The notes beneath the pieces were generated by a model that was not told where the DNA came from, did no database searches, and worked only from the letters and a program-made list of their open reading frames with translations. From an uncultured Gemmatimonadales bacterium (GTDB lineage: Bacteria; Gemmatimonadota; Gemmatimonadetes; Longimicrobiales; RSA9), in NCBI GenBank assembly GCA_963816355.1, contig CAWFKH010000003.1, forward strand, positions 416,001-480,000: a stretch of DNA of 64,000 bases. The letters run 5' to 3'. The translations under genes and the position numbers were made by a program. Shown piece by piece: positions 16,689 through 26,062 of this stretch (position 1 is the stretch's first letter; every line of letters begins with the position of its first letter).

Positions 16689-17459
16689 ATGGCCGCCACT
16701 CCCACCCCGACCGACGCGCTCCCCCCGGAGCGCGAGAAGGCGGCCGCCGTGCGGCGCATGTTCGGCGCGATTGCGAGCCGCTACGACCTGCTGAACCACC
16801 TTCTCAGCCTGAACCGCGACCGCGCATGGCGCAGGAGGGCCGTCGATCTGCTCCTCGCACGGCGTGATACCGCGCGGCGCGGCCGGGGTGCCTCCGCGCC
16901 GATCCACGGCCGTTTCCTCGACGCGTGCGCCGGCACGTTCGACTTCGCCCTCGAGCTCGCCCGCAGGCCCCGCTTCGCCGGCAGCGTCGTCGCCTTCGAC
17001 TTCGCCTATCCCATGATGGCGGAGGGGCGCCGCAAGCTCCGCGACGCGCGGGTCGCGCCGGCGTGCGCCGACGCGCTCCGGCTGCCGTTCCCCGACGCCG
17101 CCTTCGACGGCGCCACCGTCGGCTTCGGCGTGCGCAACCTCGCCGACATCGACGCCGGCCTGCGCGAGCTGTGCCGCGTGCTGCGGCCGGGCGCGCCGCT
17201 GGTCGTGCTGGAGTTCACCACCCCCGGCTGGCAGCCGTTCCGCGCGCTGTACCTGTTCTATTTCCTCCGCGTACTGCCGCTCGTGGGGCGGACGGTGTCC
17301 GGGCACGCGAGCGCCTACTCCTACCTCCCCGCCTCCGTGCTGCACTTCCCGGAGCCGCCCGAGCTCGCGCGCCGCATGGGTGCGGCGGGCTTCGACGGCG
17401 TCGGCTGGCGTCGCTATTTCGGCGGCGTCGTCGCGGCGCACATAGGCACGCGGCGGTGA
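16689..17459 (+). CDS. menG: Demethylmenaquinone / ubiquinone methyltransferase (UbiE/MenG)
   Basis: MFGAIASRYDLLNHLLS, LDACAGT, FGVRN, RVLRPG, AYSYLPASV. Confidence 0.92.
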   Translation: MAATPTPTDALPPEREKAAAVRRMFGAIASRYDLLNHLLSLNRDRAWRRRAVDLLLARRDTARRGRGASAPIHGRFLDACAGTFDFALELARRPRFAGSVVAFDFAYPMMAEGRRKLRDARVAPACADALRLPFPDAAFDGATVGFGVRNLADIDAGLRELCRVLRPGAPLVVLEFTTPGWQPFRALYLFYFLRVLPLVGRTVSGHASAYSYLPASVLHFPEPPELARRMGAAGFDGVGWRRYFGGVVAAHIGTRR

Positions 17460-17484
17460 GGCGGGCGGGCCGTGCGGGTGCGCC

Positions 17485-18426
17485 TCACGCTTCCACGGTC
17501 GCCTCGGCGCGGTAGCCCTGGGCCACGCCGGCGACCACCATCACGAGGCCGATCCAGCCATACGCCGTGAGGTTCTGCCCGAAGAGGAGCAGCGCCAGGA
17601 GTGCTCCCACCACCGGCTCCGCGGTCGCGGCGACGGCGGCGGGCGCCGCCTCGATGCGGCGGACGCCGGCGAAGAAGAGGAAGTTGGCGATCACCGTGCC
17701 GCCCCCGAGCGCCACGATGTAGCCCCAGCCGGCGGGCGTCGCGGGCGGCTGGGGCGCGTGGCCGAAGGCGGGCAGCGCGAGGCCGAGCAGGATCGTGCCG
17801 CCGACGAGCTCGAGGAAGAGGACGCGCACCGCGCCGTAGCGCGGCACCGCCCAGCGCGCGAGCAGCGTCGTCGAGGCGTAGCTCACGGCCGAGACGAGGC
17901 CGCCCACGACGCCGAGCGTGGTGACGGCGACGGCGGCGCCGCGCGCGCCCATCACCGTGAGTCCGGCGCCGAACATGACCATCACGGCGAGCGCGAAGCG
18001 CATCGGCGTCAGCCGTTCGCCGAGCAGCGTGGCGCCGAAGATCGCCACCAGGACCGGTGCGGTGTAGAGGAGCGCGACGGCGGACGCGACACCGGCGCGC
18101 GCGATCGCGAGCTGGTAGGCGACCTCGAATGCGGCGACGAGGGCCCCGCCGAGCAGTCCGACGACGAGGATCGCGCGGCGGTCGACGCGGAAGAGCCACG
18201 GCCGGAAGAGGCCGAAGGCGAGGAAGCCGAGGCTGGCGAGCAGGATGCGCCAGAAGCCGACATCCGTGATCGCGGCGCCCTCCGCGTAGAGCGCGGTGCT
18301 GAGCGGGCCGGTCGTGCCCCACAGCGCGCCCGCGCCGAGGGCGAACAGATAGCCGGAGATCGGGGCGGCGCCGCCGCGCGCAGGGGCGGCGGCGGCCGCG
18401 CCGGAGGACTCGATATTGGTCGACAT
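17485..18426 (-). CDS. EamA/DMT family transporter
   Basis: Two EamA repeats, about 10 TM helices; LLYTAPVLV, EPVVGALLA. Confidence 0.9.
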   Translation of the reverse strand: MSTNIESSGAAAAAPARGGAAPISGYLFALGAGALWGTTGPLSTALYAEGAAITDVGFWRILLASLGFLAFGLFRPWLFRVDRRAILVVGLLGGALVAAFEVAYQLAIARAGVASAVALLYTAPVLVAIFGATLLGERLTPMRFALAVMVMFGAGLTVMGARGAAVAVTTLGVVGGLVSAVSYASTTLLARWAVPRYGAVRVLFLELVGGTILLGLALPAFGHAPQPPATPAGWGYIVALGGGTVIANFLFFAGVRRIEAAPAAVAATAEPVVGALLALLLFGQNLTAYGWIGLVMVVAGVAQGYRAEATVEA

Positions 18427-19417
18427 GGGTCGGAATGTAAGGCCGCAACCCGCACCGCCGCAGCCCGCCGCGGCGAACGCGGCGGAGGCGCAGGCTCCGG
18501 CGATCCGCTGTGAGGGCCTGCGCAAGCGCTATGGCGACGTCGTCGCCGTGGACGGGCTCGACCTGCGCGTGGAGAGCGGCGAGTGCTTCGGCCTGCTCGG
18601 GCCGAACGGCGCCGGGAAGACGACGACGATCGAGATCCTGGAGGGGCTGCTCGAGCCGGACGCCGGCCGCGTCGAGGTCCTCGGCCAGGCGTGGAGCGGC
18701 GGCGGCCGCCGCCTGCGCGAGCGCCTCGGCATCCAGCTGCAGCAGACGAAGCTGCCGGACAAGCTGACGGTCGCGGAGACGGTGCGCCTCTTCCGCAGCT
18801 TCTACCGGCGAGGCCCGTCGGTCGAGGAGATGATCGACGTCGTGCAGCTCCGCGAGAAGTGCGACGCGCGCGTGGCCCGCCTCTCCGGCGGTCAGCGGCA
18901 GCGACTGGCGCTGGCGTGCGCCCTCGTCGGCGATCCGGAGCTGCTCTTCCTCGACGAGCCGACCACCGGCCTCGACCCGCAGTCGCGGCGCGCGCTGTGG
19001 GAGCAGGTCGAGGCGTACCGCGCGAGCGGCCGCACCGTGCTCCTCACGACGCACTACATGGAGGAGGCGGCGCGACTCTGCGACCGCGTCGCGATCGTCG
19101 ACCACGGCCGCGTGATCGCGCTCGGCCGCCCCGCCGACCTCGTCGCCTCCCTCGGCGGCGAGCAGGTGATCGAGTTCACGCTGCGCGACGGCGGCGCGGC
19201 GCGGCTGCCGGCCCTCGAGACGATCCGCGGCGTGATCGGCCTGCGGCGGCGCGGGGACGGCGTGGCGCTCGACGTCCGCGAACTGCACGAGACGGTGCCG
19301 GCGCTGCTCGACGCGCTCGCGGGCGCCGGGCTCGAGCTGAGCGGCCTCTCGACGCACCAGGCGACGCTGGAAGACGTCTTCGTCTCGCTCACCGGCCGCA
19401 AGCTGCGGGAGGAGTGA
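18416..19417 (+). CDS. ABC exporter ATP-binding protein
   Basis: GPNGAGKTT, LSGGQRQR, LDEPTTGLDP, TTHYMEEA; start is TTG 18416 or ATG 18425. Confidence 0.95.
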   Translation: MVDMGRNVRPQPAPPQPAAANAAEAQAPAIRCEGLRKRYGDVVAVDGLDLRVESGECFGLLGPNGAGKTTTIEILEGLLEPDAGRVEVLGQAWSGGGRRLRERLGIQLQQTKLPDKLTVAETVRLFRSFYRRGPSVEEMIDVVQLREKCDARVARLSGGQRQRLALACALVGDPELLFLDEPTTGLDPQSRRALWEQVEAYRASGRTVLLTTHYMEEAARLCDRVAIVDHGRVIALGRPADLVASLGGEQVIEFTLRDGGAARLPALETIRGVIGLRRRGDGVALDVRELHETVPALLDALAGAGLELSGLSTHQATLEDVFVSLTGRKLREE

Positions 19418-20475
19418 TGCGCGCCTTCGACCGCTCGCCGCTCGCACAGCTCACGCTCGCCCGCGTCCGCGACTTCCTGCGCGAGCCGGAAGCCGTGTTC
19501 TGGACCTTCTTCTTCCCGACCGTGCTCGCGCTCGCGCTCGGCATCGCCTTTCGCGAGAAGGGCCCCGCGCCGGTCCTCGCGGGCGTCGTCGTGACCGACC
19601 CCGGCGACCGGCCGGCAGCGGATTCCCTCGCCGCGCGCCTCGAGGCGGCGGCCGGGATCCACGCGCGTCTGCTGGCGCCGGCGGCGGCGGAGCACGCGCT
19701 CGGGAGGGGCGACGTCGCCATCCTCGTCACGCCGCGCGACGCCGGCTACGCCTACCGCTACGACCCCGCTCGCGAGGAGAGCCGCGTCGCCCGCCTCGCC
19801 GTCGACGACGCCCTGCAGCGCGCGGCCGGCCGGCGCGACGTCGCCGCGACGCGGGACGTGACGGTGCGCGAGCGCGGCGCGCGCTACATCGACTTCCTGA
19901 TTCCCGGCCTGATCGGGCTCAACCTGCTGAGCACGGGGCTCTGGGGCGTCGGCTACACGATCGTCCGCATGCGGGGCGACTTCCTGCTCAAGCGCCTCGT
20001 GGCGACGCCGATGCGGCGCGGCGAGTTCCTGCTCTCCTTCATGCTCGGCCGCCTCGCCTTCCTCGTCGCGGAGCTGGTCGTGCTGCTCGCCTTCGCCCGC
20101 ATCGCCTTCGGCGTGCAGGTGCGCGGCTCCCTCGCCGCCGTCGGCTTCATCGTCGTCCTCGGCGCCTTCAGCTTCACCGGCCTCGGGCTCCTGATCGCGA
20201 GCCGCGCCCGCACGGTCGAGGGCGTGAACGGCCTCATGAACCTCGCCTCCGTTCCGATGTGGGTGCTCTCCGGCGTCTTCTTCTCCGCGGAACGGTTCCC
20301 GGCCCTGCTGCACCCGCTGATCGCCGCGCTGCCGCTCACCGCGCTGCTCGACGCGCTGCGCGCGGTGATGCTCGACGGCGCGCCGCTGCTCGCGACGACG
20401 ACCTCGCTGCTCGTCGTCGCCGGCTGGGGCGCGGCGTGCTTCGGCCTCGCGCTCGGGCTCTTCCGCTGGCGGTGA
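19417..20475 (+). CDS. ABC-2 type exporter permease
   Basis: TGATG overlap; REPEAVFW, YIDFLIPG, LSGVFF. Confidence 0.92.
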   Translation: MRAFDRSPLAQLTLARVRDFLREPEAVFWTFFFPTVLALALGIAFREKGPAPVLAGVVVTDPGDRPAADSLAARLEAAAGIHARLLAPAAAEHALGRGDVAILVTPRDAGYAYRYDPAREESRVARLAVDDALQRAAGRRDVAATRDVTVRERGARYIDFLIPGLIGLNLLSTGLWGVGYTIVRMRGDFLLKRLVATPMRRGEFLLSFMLGRLAFLVAELVVLLAFARIAFGVQVRGSLAAVGFIVVLGAFSFTGLGLLIASRARTVEGVNGLMNLASVPMWVLSGVFFSAERFPALLHPLIAALPLTALLDALRAVMLDGAPLLATTTSLLVVAGWGAACFGLALGLFRWR

Positions 20476-20504
20476 CGCGGCCGGGCTCCCTATCTTGGCG
20501 GCCC

Positions 20505-21986
20505 ATGTCGCTATCGAACCTCACCGAGTACCTGCGGGCGCTCGACGACGCCGGCGAGCTCGTCCGCATCCGCGAGCCGCTCTCCGTCGTGCTGGAGATC
20601 GCCGAGGTCGCCGACCGCGTGATGAAGTCCGAAGGCGGAGGGCGGGCGCTGCTCTTCGAGCGGCCGCGGCTCGCCGACGGAAGCGCCTCCGCCATCCCGG
20701 TCGCGATCAACCTCTTCGGCTCATGGCGCCGCATGGCGATGGCGCTCGGCGTCGGCGACGTGCGCGAGCACGGCGAGCGCATCGCGCGCCTGATGCAGCC
20801 GGAGATCCCGAAGGGGTTCTGGGCGAAGGTGCAGGCGCTGCCGAAGTTCGCGGAGCTGGCGAAGGTGCCGCCGAAGACGCTGCGTGGAAAAGCGCCGTGC
20901 CAGGCGGTCGTGTGGGAGGGGGACGCGCTGGACCTGGGGCGGCTACCCGTCATGACGTCGTGGCCGGGCGACGCGGGTCCGTTCGTGACGATGCCGATGG
21001 TGATCACGCGCGACCCCGAGAGCGGCGTGCAGAACGTGGGCATGTACCGCATGCAGGTGACGGGGCGCGACACCACGTTCATGCACTGGCAGCGGCACAA
21101 GGGCGGCGCCGCGCACTACCGGCGCTACCGCGAGCTGGGCATCGAGCGCATGCCGGTCGCCGTGGCGATCGGCGCCGACCCCGCGACGATGTACACGCCC
21201 ACGGCGCCGCTGCCGCCCGGCATCGACGAGTACCTCTTCAGCGGCTTCCTGCGCCGGGAGCCGCTGCTCGTCACCGAGGCGACGCTCTCCGATCTGCGCG
21301 TCCCGGCGGAGGCGGAGATCGTGCTCGAGGGGTGGGTCGACCCGGCGGAGCCGCTCGGCATGGAGGGGCCGTTCGGCGACCACACCGGCTTTTACACGCC
21401 CGCGGACCGCTTCCCCCTATTCCACGTCGAGCGCGTCACGATGCGCGAGGACGCTGTCTACGCCTCGACGATCGTCGGTCGGCCGCCGATGGAGGACTAC
21501 TACCTCGGCGGCGCCACGGAGCGGATCTTCCTGCCGCTGCTGCGGCTGACGCAGCCGGAGATCGTCGACTACCACATGCCGGCCGAGGGCATCTTCCACA
21601 ACATGGTGCTGGTGAGCATCCGGAAGGAGTATCCGGGTCACGCCTACAAGGTGATGAACGGCCTCTGGGGGCAGGGTCTTATGAGCCTGGCCAAGCTGAT
21701 CGTGGTGGTGGACGCCGACATCGACGTGCACGACCCCGCCCAGGTCTGGTGGTACGCCCTCAACAACATCGATCCCGAGCGCGACGTCCGCTTCAGCATG
21801 GGTCCCGTCGACGACCTCGACCACGCCGCCCGCGCCCCGGCCTTCGGCTCCAAGATGGGGATCGACGGCACCCGCAAGCTGCCGGAAGAGGCGCACGACC
21901 GGGAGTGGCCGGAGGTGATCCGCATGGATCCGGAAGTGCGCCGGCGCATCGACGCCCTGTGGCCGACACTCGGAATCGATGGCTGA
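20505..21986 (+). CDS. ubiD: UbiD-family decarboxylase (menaquinone biosynthesis, MqnL-like)
   Basis: NVGMYRMQ, EGPFGDHTGFY, GRPPMED, GSKMGIDGTRK. Confidence 0.95.
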   Translation: MSLSNLTEYLRALDDAGELVRIREPLSVVLEIAEVADRVMKSEGGGRALLFERPRLADGSASAIPVAINLFGSWRRMAMALGVGDVREHGERIARLMQPEIPKGFWAKVQALPKFAELAKVPPKTLRGKAPCQAVVWEGDALDLGRLPVMTSWPGDAGPFVTMPMVITRDPESGVQNVGMYRMQVTGRDTTFMHWQRHKGGAAHYRRYRELGIERMPVAVAIGADPATMYTPTAPLPPGIDEYLFSGFLRREPLLVTEATLSDLRVPAEAEIVLEGWVDPAEPLGMEGPFGDHTGFYTPADRFPLFHVERVTMREDAVYASTIVGRPPMEDYYLGGATERIFLPLLRLTQPEIVDYHMPAEGIFHNMVLVSIRKEYPGHAYKVMNGLWGQGLMSLAKLIVVVDADIDVHDPAQVWWYALNNIDPERDVRFSMGPVDDLDHAARAPAFGSKMGIDGTRKLPEEAHDREWPEVIRMDPEVRRRIDALWPTLGIDG

Positions 21987-22935
21987 GGCGTCGGCCGTGC
22001 AGGGGCCGCGCGGCGGGCGCGAGGGCCAGACCTTCGCCGGCGAGTCGCTGCTGGCGCGCTTCGCCAGCTTCGTCAAGCTGCCGCACACCCTCTTCGCCCT
22101 CCCCTTCGCCGGCGTCGGCGCCCTTCTCGGCAGCTATCGGCGGCCGGGCGGGATCGGCCCCGTGAGCGCGCTGTGGATCGTCGTCGCGTTCACCGCCGCG
22201 CGCTTCGCCGCGATGGCCTTCAACCGCATCGTCGACGCGGAGTACGACGCCGCCAATCCGCGCACGCGCCTGCGCGAGCTGCCCACCGGCCGCCTCACGC
22301 CGCTGCAGGCGGCGCTTTCCGTCATCGCCGCCGCCGGTGTCTTCGTCTTCGCGGCGTGGCGCCTCAACCCGCTCTGCGGCTGGCTCGCGCCGCTCGCGCT
22401 GGCGTGGATCTTCTTCTACTCCTACACCAAGCGCTTCACGGCCGGCGCGCACCTCGTGCTCGGCTTCGCCCTCGGCATCGCGCCCGTCGGCGCCTACCTC
22501 GCCGTCACCGGCGCCTGGGCACGGCCGTGGTACGCCCTCGTGGTGCTCGCCTCCGCCGTCATGTGCTGGGTCGCGGGCTTCGACATCGTCTACAGCCTGC
22601 AGGACGAGGCGTTCGACCGCACCCACGGCCTCCACTCGATCCCCGCGAGCGTGGGGCCGCGGCGCGCCCTCGTCCTCGCGCGCACGCTGCACGGCCTCGC
22701 CGTCGCGCAGTTCGCCCTGGTGTGGGCGCTCGGCTGGTTCGGCGTCGGCTGGCTCTACGCCGCCGCCGTGCTCGTCATGGCGGTCGTGCTCCACCTGGGC
22801 CACCGCCACGTCCGGGACGTGCCCGGCGGCGCGATCGACGTCCTCAAGATCGATCGCGCCTTCTTCCGCACCAACATCGTGGTCTCCACGACGTTCTTCG
22901 CGCTCACGCTCCTCGACCGCCTGCTGCTCGCGTGA
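21979..22935 (+). CDS. ubiA: UbiA-family prenyltransferase (MqnP-like)
   Basis: KLPHTLFALPF, NRIVDAEYDAANPRT, YSYTKR, GFDIVYSLQD. Confidence 0.93.
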   Translation: MAEASAVQGPRGGREGQTFAGESLLARFASFVKLPHTLFALPFAGVGALLGSYRRPGGIGPVSALWIVVAFTAARFAAMAFNRIVDAEYDAANPRTRLRELPTGRLTPLQAALSVIAAAGVFVFAAWRLNPLCGWLAPLALAWIFFYSYTKRFTAGAHLVLGFALGIAPVGAYLAVTGAWARPWYALVVLASAVMCWVAGFDIVYSLQDEAFDRTHGLHSIPASVGPRRALVLARTLHGLAVAQFALVWALGWFGVGWLYAAAVLVMAVVLHLGHRHVRDVPGGAIDVLKIDRAFFRTNIVVSTTFFALTLLDRLLLA

Positions 22936-23651
22936 CGACGCCCGCCGCAACGCCGCCCGAGGTGCCGCCGGTCCCGCCCTCTTCCAGCCTCCCGCCGTCT
23001 TCCAGCCTCGCGGCGGGCTGGGTGCCGCGCGTTCCGCCACCCGGGGACGAAGCGCCGCCCGTGACCGTGGCGATCACGGGCGCGTCCGGCGCGGTCTACG
23101 GCGTGCGGCTGCTCGAGGAACTGAACGCCGCGCGCGTGCCGGTGCGACTCGTCGTCTCCGCGACCGGCTGGCGCCTGCTCCGCGAGGAGCTCGACATCGC
23201 CGGCGAGGAAGCGCTGCGGCGGCGCACCGGCGACTGGCGCCGCGTGGTGCTCTTCGACGACGGCGACCGCGGCGCCACCCCGGCATCGGGATCGGCGCCG
23301 TCGCGTGGCATGGTGATCTGCCCCTGCTCGATGGGGACGCTCGCGAGCATCGCCCAGGGGACGACGCGCTCCCTCGTCGAGCGCGCCGCCGACGTGTGCC
23401 TCAAGGAGCGCCGGCCGCTCATCCTCGTGCCGCGTGAGACGCCCTACTCGGCGATCCACCTGGAGAACATGCTGCGCCTGACGCGCGCGGGCGCCGTCGT
23501 GCTGCCGGCCTCGCCCGGCTTCTACCACCGCCCGGCGCGGATCGAGGATCTCGTGGATTTCGTCGTCGCGCGGGTGCTGGGGCAACTCGGGATCGAGACG
23601 GACGTGGGGCCACGGTGGAGCAGTGGGGAGCGCGAGAGGGCGGGCGGGTGA
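22932..23651 (+). CDS. ubiX: UbiX flavin prenyltransferase
   Basis: AITGASG, ASGS, CPCSMGTL, RAADVCLKERR, RETP, PGFYHRP; start uncertain (22932 or 23061). Confidence 0.93.
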   Translation: MTTPAATPPEVPPVPPSSSLPPSSSLAAGWVPRVPPPGDEAPPVTVAITGASGAVYGVRLLEELNAARVPVRLVVSATGWRLLREELDIAGEEALRRRTGDWRRVVLFDDGDRGATPASGSAPSRGMVICPCSMGTLASIAQGTTRSLVERAADVCLKERRPLILVPRETPYSAIHLENMLRLTRAGAVVLPASPGFYHRPARIEDLVDFVVARVLGQLGIETDVGPRWSSGERERAGG

Positions 23652-23705
23652 GGCGGATCGGGGTGAGGCGGATCGGGGTGAGGCGGATCGGGCGGAGGCG
23701 GATCG
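23646..23705 (+). repeat. 15-bp tandem repeat, 4 copies
   Basis: GGGTGAGGCGGATCG three times, then GGCGGAGGCGGATCG. Confidence 0.9.
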
Positions 23706-23721
23706 GACGACGCGGGTCGGA

Positions 23722-24192
23722 ATGCACGTGATCGGTCTGGTCAGCGACACGCACGGCTTGCTGCGGCCGGCGCTGTTCGACCGGTTCGATGGCGTCGAGC
23801 GGATCGTGCACGCGGGCGACATCGGCTCGGCGTCCATCCTCGACGCACTCCGGGCGTTGGCGCCGGTGAGCGCCGTGCACGGGAACACGGACGGTCCGGA
23901 GGTCCGCGCGGAGGCGCCCGCCACGGTGCGCTTCGACGTGGGTGGGCTCGCGGTCGTCGTGGAGCACGGGCACCGGCTCGGGAGTCCCACCCCGGCCGCC
24001 CTGCGAGAGGCGCATCCCGACGCCGACATCATCGTCTACGGCCACACGCACCGGGCGCTGATCGAACGGGCGGGGGGCGCGCTGGTGGTCAATCCGGGCG
24101 CCGCGGGTCCGGCCCGCTTCCGAGCGCGGCCATCCGCGGCGATCCTGCGGATCGACGAGGGGGCCGCTCAGGTCGAGATCGTGGAGCTGTAG
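23722..24192 (+). CDS. YfcE-like metallophosphoesterase
   Basis: SDTH, HAGD, GNTD, HGH, GHTH, NPG motifs. Confidence 0.92.
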   Translation: MHVIGLVSDTHGLLRPALFDRFDGVERIVHAGDIGSASILDALRALAPVSAVHGNTDGPEVRAEAPATVRFDVGGLAVVVEHGHRLGSPTPAALREAHPDADIIVYGHTHRALIERAGGALVVNPGAAGPARFRARPSAAILRIDEGAAQVEIVEL

Positions 24193-25250
24193 CGCCCCGG
24201 CGCCGTGTGCGCGCGTTCTTCGGGCCGGATGCGGAACCAGCGCGCGACCAGGAGCGCCTCGGCGAGCCGGTCCGGCGGCAGGCGGTCGGGCGCGGGCGGC
24301 GCTCCCGTGAAGGCGCGCTCGACGCGCCGGCGCTCGACCGGCGGCGCGCACTCGTCCACGATGTGGCCGCGCCGGATGAGGTAGACGCGGTCGTCGCCCG
24401 CCCAGCCGCGAACGTGGTAGACGAACGAGAGCGAGGCGAGCTCCTCGCGCATCGCGACGAGCTCTTCCCGCAGGCTGCCGAGCGCCTCGAGGCGGTCCCT
24501 CAGGCGTGCCGCGCGCTCGAACTCGAGGCGCCGCGAGGCCGCGTCCATTTCCCGCTCCAGCGCGCGCAGCGGCTGATCCGACTCGCCCAGCAGGAACGCG
24601 CGCGCGATCGCGAGGCGCTCGTCGTATTCGGCCTGCGTGCAGCCGCCCGCGCACGGTGCCACGCAGCGGCCGATCTCGCCGCGCCAGCAGTGGGGCTCCC
24701 CGCGGTGGCCGAAGAGGTCGATCTGGTCGGCGAAGCGGAGCGGGGTGGAGGCGGCGCAGTCGCGCAGGCCGAGAACGTCCGTGAGCGCGCGCACCGCCGC
24801 GTCCACGCGTCTCCTCCCGCGCACCGGGCCGTGGCACTCCGACCGGTCGCGCGGCGGCCGTCCCACGACGCCCAGGCGGGCGGCCGGCTCGTGCGTGATC
24901 CGCACGAAACAGAGGCCCCGCATCCCCTTGTGCTGCACGTTGTACGGCGGGCGGTGGCGGCGGATCAGGCGCAGCTCGTGGCGGAGCGCCGCGAACTCGC
25001 TCGGCACGTAATCCCATTCGACGCGCTCCGCGAAGCCCACGATCTCGGACGCCTTCTCGCCCCGCGGCGCGCGGAAATAGGAGAGGAGCCGCGTCCGCAC
25101 GCGGACGGACTTGCCGACGTAGAGGAGCGCCCCACCCGGGCCGACCATGCGGTAGACGCCCGGCCGGTTCTCGGCGTGCTCGCGCACGTGCTCGCGCAGC
25201 GCGCGCAGCCGGTCCGTCGTGCCGTGGCGGCTCCCCTTCAGCGCTGGCAT
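24168..25250 (-). CDS. UvrC/Cho-like GIY-YIG endonuclease with a UVR domain
   Basis: PGVYRM...LYVGKS..VRTRLLSYF; PPYN; Cys cluster C..CWRGEIGRCVAPC; MDAASRRLEFERAARLRD; no RNase H-like or HhH region. Confidence 0.88.
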   Translation of the reverse strand: MPALKGSRHGTTDRLRALREHVREHAENRPGVYRMVGPGGALLYVGKSVRVRTRLLSYFRAPRGEKASEIVGFAERVEWDYVPSEFAALRHELRLIRRHRPPYNVQHKGMRGLCFVRITHEPAARLGVVGRPPRDRSECHGPVRGRRRVDAAVRALTDVLGLRDCAASTPLRFADQIDLFGHRGEPHCWRGEIGRCVAPCAGGCTQAEYDERLAIARAFLLGESDQPLRALEREMDAASRRLEFERAARLRDRLEALGSLREELVAMREELASLSFVYHVRGWAGDDRVYLIRRGHIVDECAPPVERRRVERAFTGAPPAPDRLPPDRLAEALLVARWFRIRPEERAHTAPGRYSSTIST

Positions 25251-26062
25251 CGCGGGCAGTAGAACGCGGACCGGCCGGCCAGCACGACGCGCTTGATCGT
25301 CGTGCCGCAGCGCGAGCACGGTTCGCCTTCGCGTCCGTAGACCCGCAGTCGTGGCTCGAATCCTCCCGCCTCGCCGCTCCCGTCGCGATAGTCGCGCAGC
25401 GTCGTGCCGCGCGCCTCGATCGCCTCCGCCAGCACCTCGCGCAGCGCGTCGCGCAGCCGCGCCGTCTCCGCCCGCGTCAGGCCGGCCGCGCGCCGGCGCG
25501 GCCGCACGCCGGCGCGGTGGAGGGCTTCGTTCGCGTAGATGTTGCCGACGCCGGCAATGCGGCCCTGGTCGAGCAGCAGGGAGCGGATCGGCGTGCGCGC
25601 TCGGCGGGTGAGCGCGTGCATGCGCGCGGGCGTGAGCGCGTCGTCGAACGGCTCGACGCCGAGCGCGTCGTCGCGGCGCCGCCACGCCTCCGGGACCAGG
25701 TGCTCGATGCGGCCGAAGCGGCGGGCGTCGTCGTAGAGCAGCGCGTCCCCGTCGTCGAGGCCGAAGCGCACGGCGACGTGGCGCAGTTCGGCCGCACGTG
25801 GGGCCCGCGAGGCGACGAGGCGGCCGGTCATGCCCAGGTTGACGAGGAGGATCGTGCCGTCGTCGAGGCCCACCACCACGTTCTTGCCGCGCCGGCCGAC
25901 GCGCTCCACGGAGCGCCCGCGCACGCGCTCCGCCAGCCGGCCCGGCGTCAGCGCCGGACCGAGAACATCGGCGTGGGCGACGTCCACGCCGACGATGCGT
26001 CGCCCCACGACGCGGCGTCGCAGGTCGGCCGCGATCGTCTCCGCCTCAGGCAGCTCCGGCAC
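25238..26062 (-). CDS. mutM: Formamidopyrimidine-DNA glycosylase
   Basis: PELPE, LGMTG, DARRFG, AGVGNIYANE, zinc finger CSRC...CPRCQ. Confidence 0.97.
   Translation of the reverse strand: MPELPEAETIAADLRRRVVGRRIVGVDVAHADVLGPALTPGRLAERVRGRSVERVGRRGKNVVVGLDDGTILLVNLGMTGRLVASRAPRAAELRHVAVRFGLDDGDALLYDDARRFGRIEHLVPEAWRRRDDALGVEPFDDALTPARMHALTRRARTPIRSLLLDQGRIAGVGNIYANEALHRAGVRPRRRAAGLTRAETARLRDALREVLAEAIEARGTTLRDYRDGSGEAGGFEPRLRVYGREGEPCSRCGTTIKRVVLAGRSAFYCPRCQR

Noticed and set aside
24168..25250. Canonical uvrC
   Set aside because: About 360 aa and lacks the C-terminal RNase H-like and HhH domains
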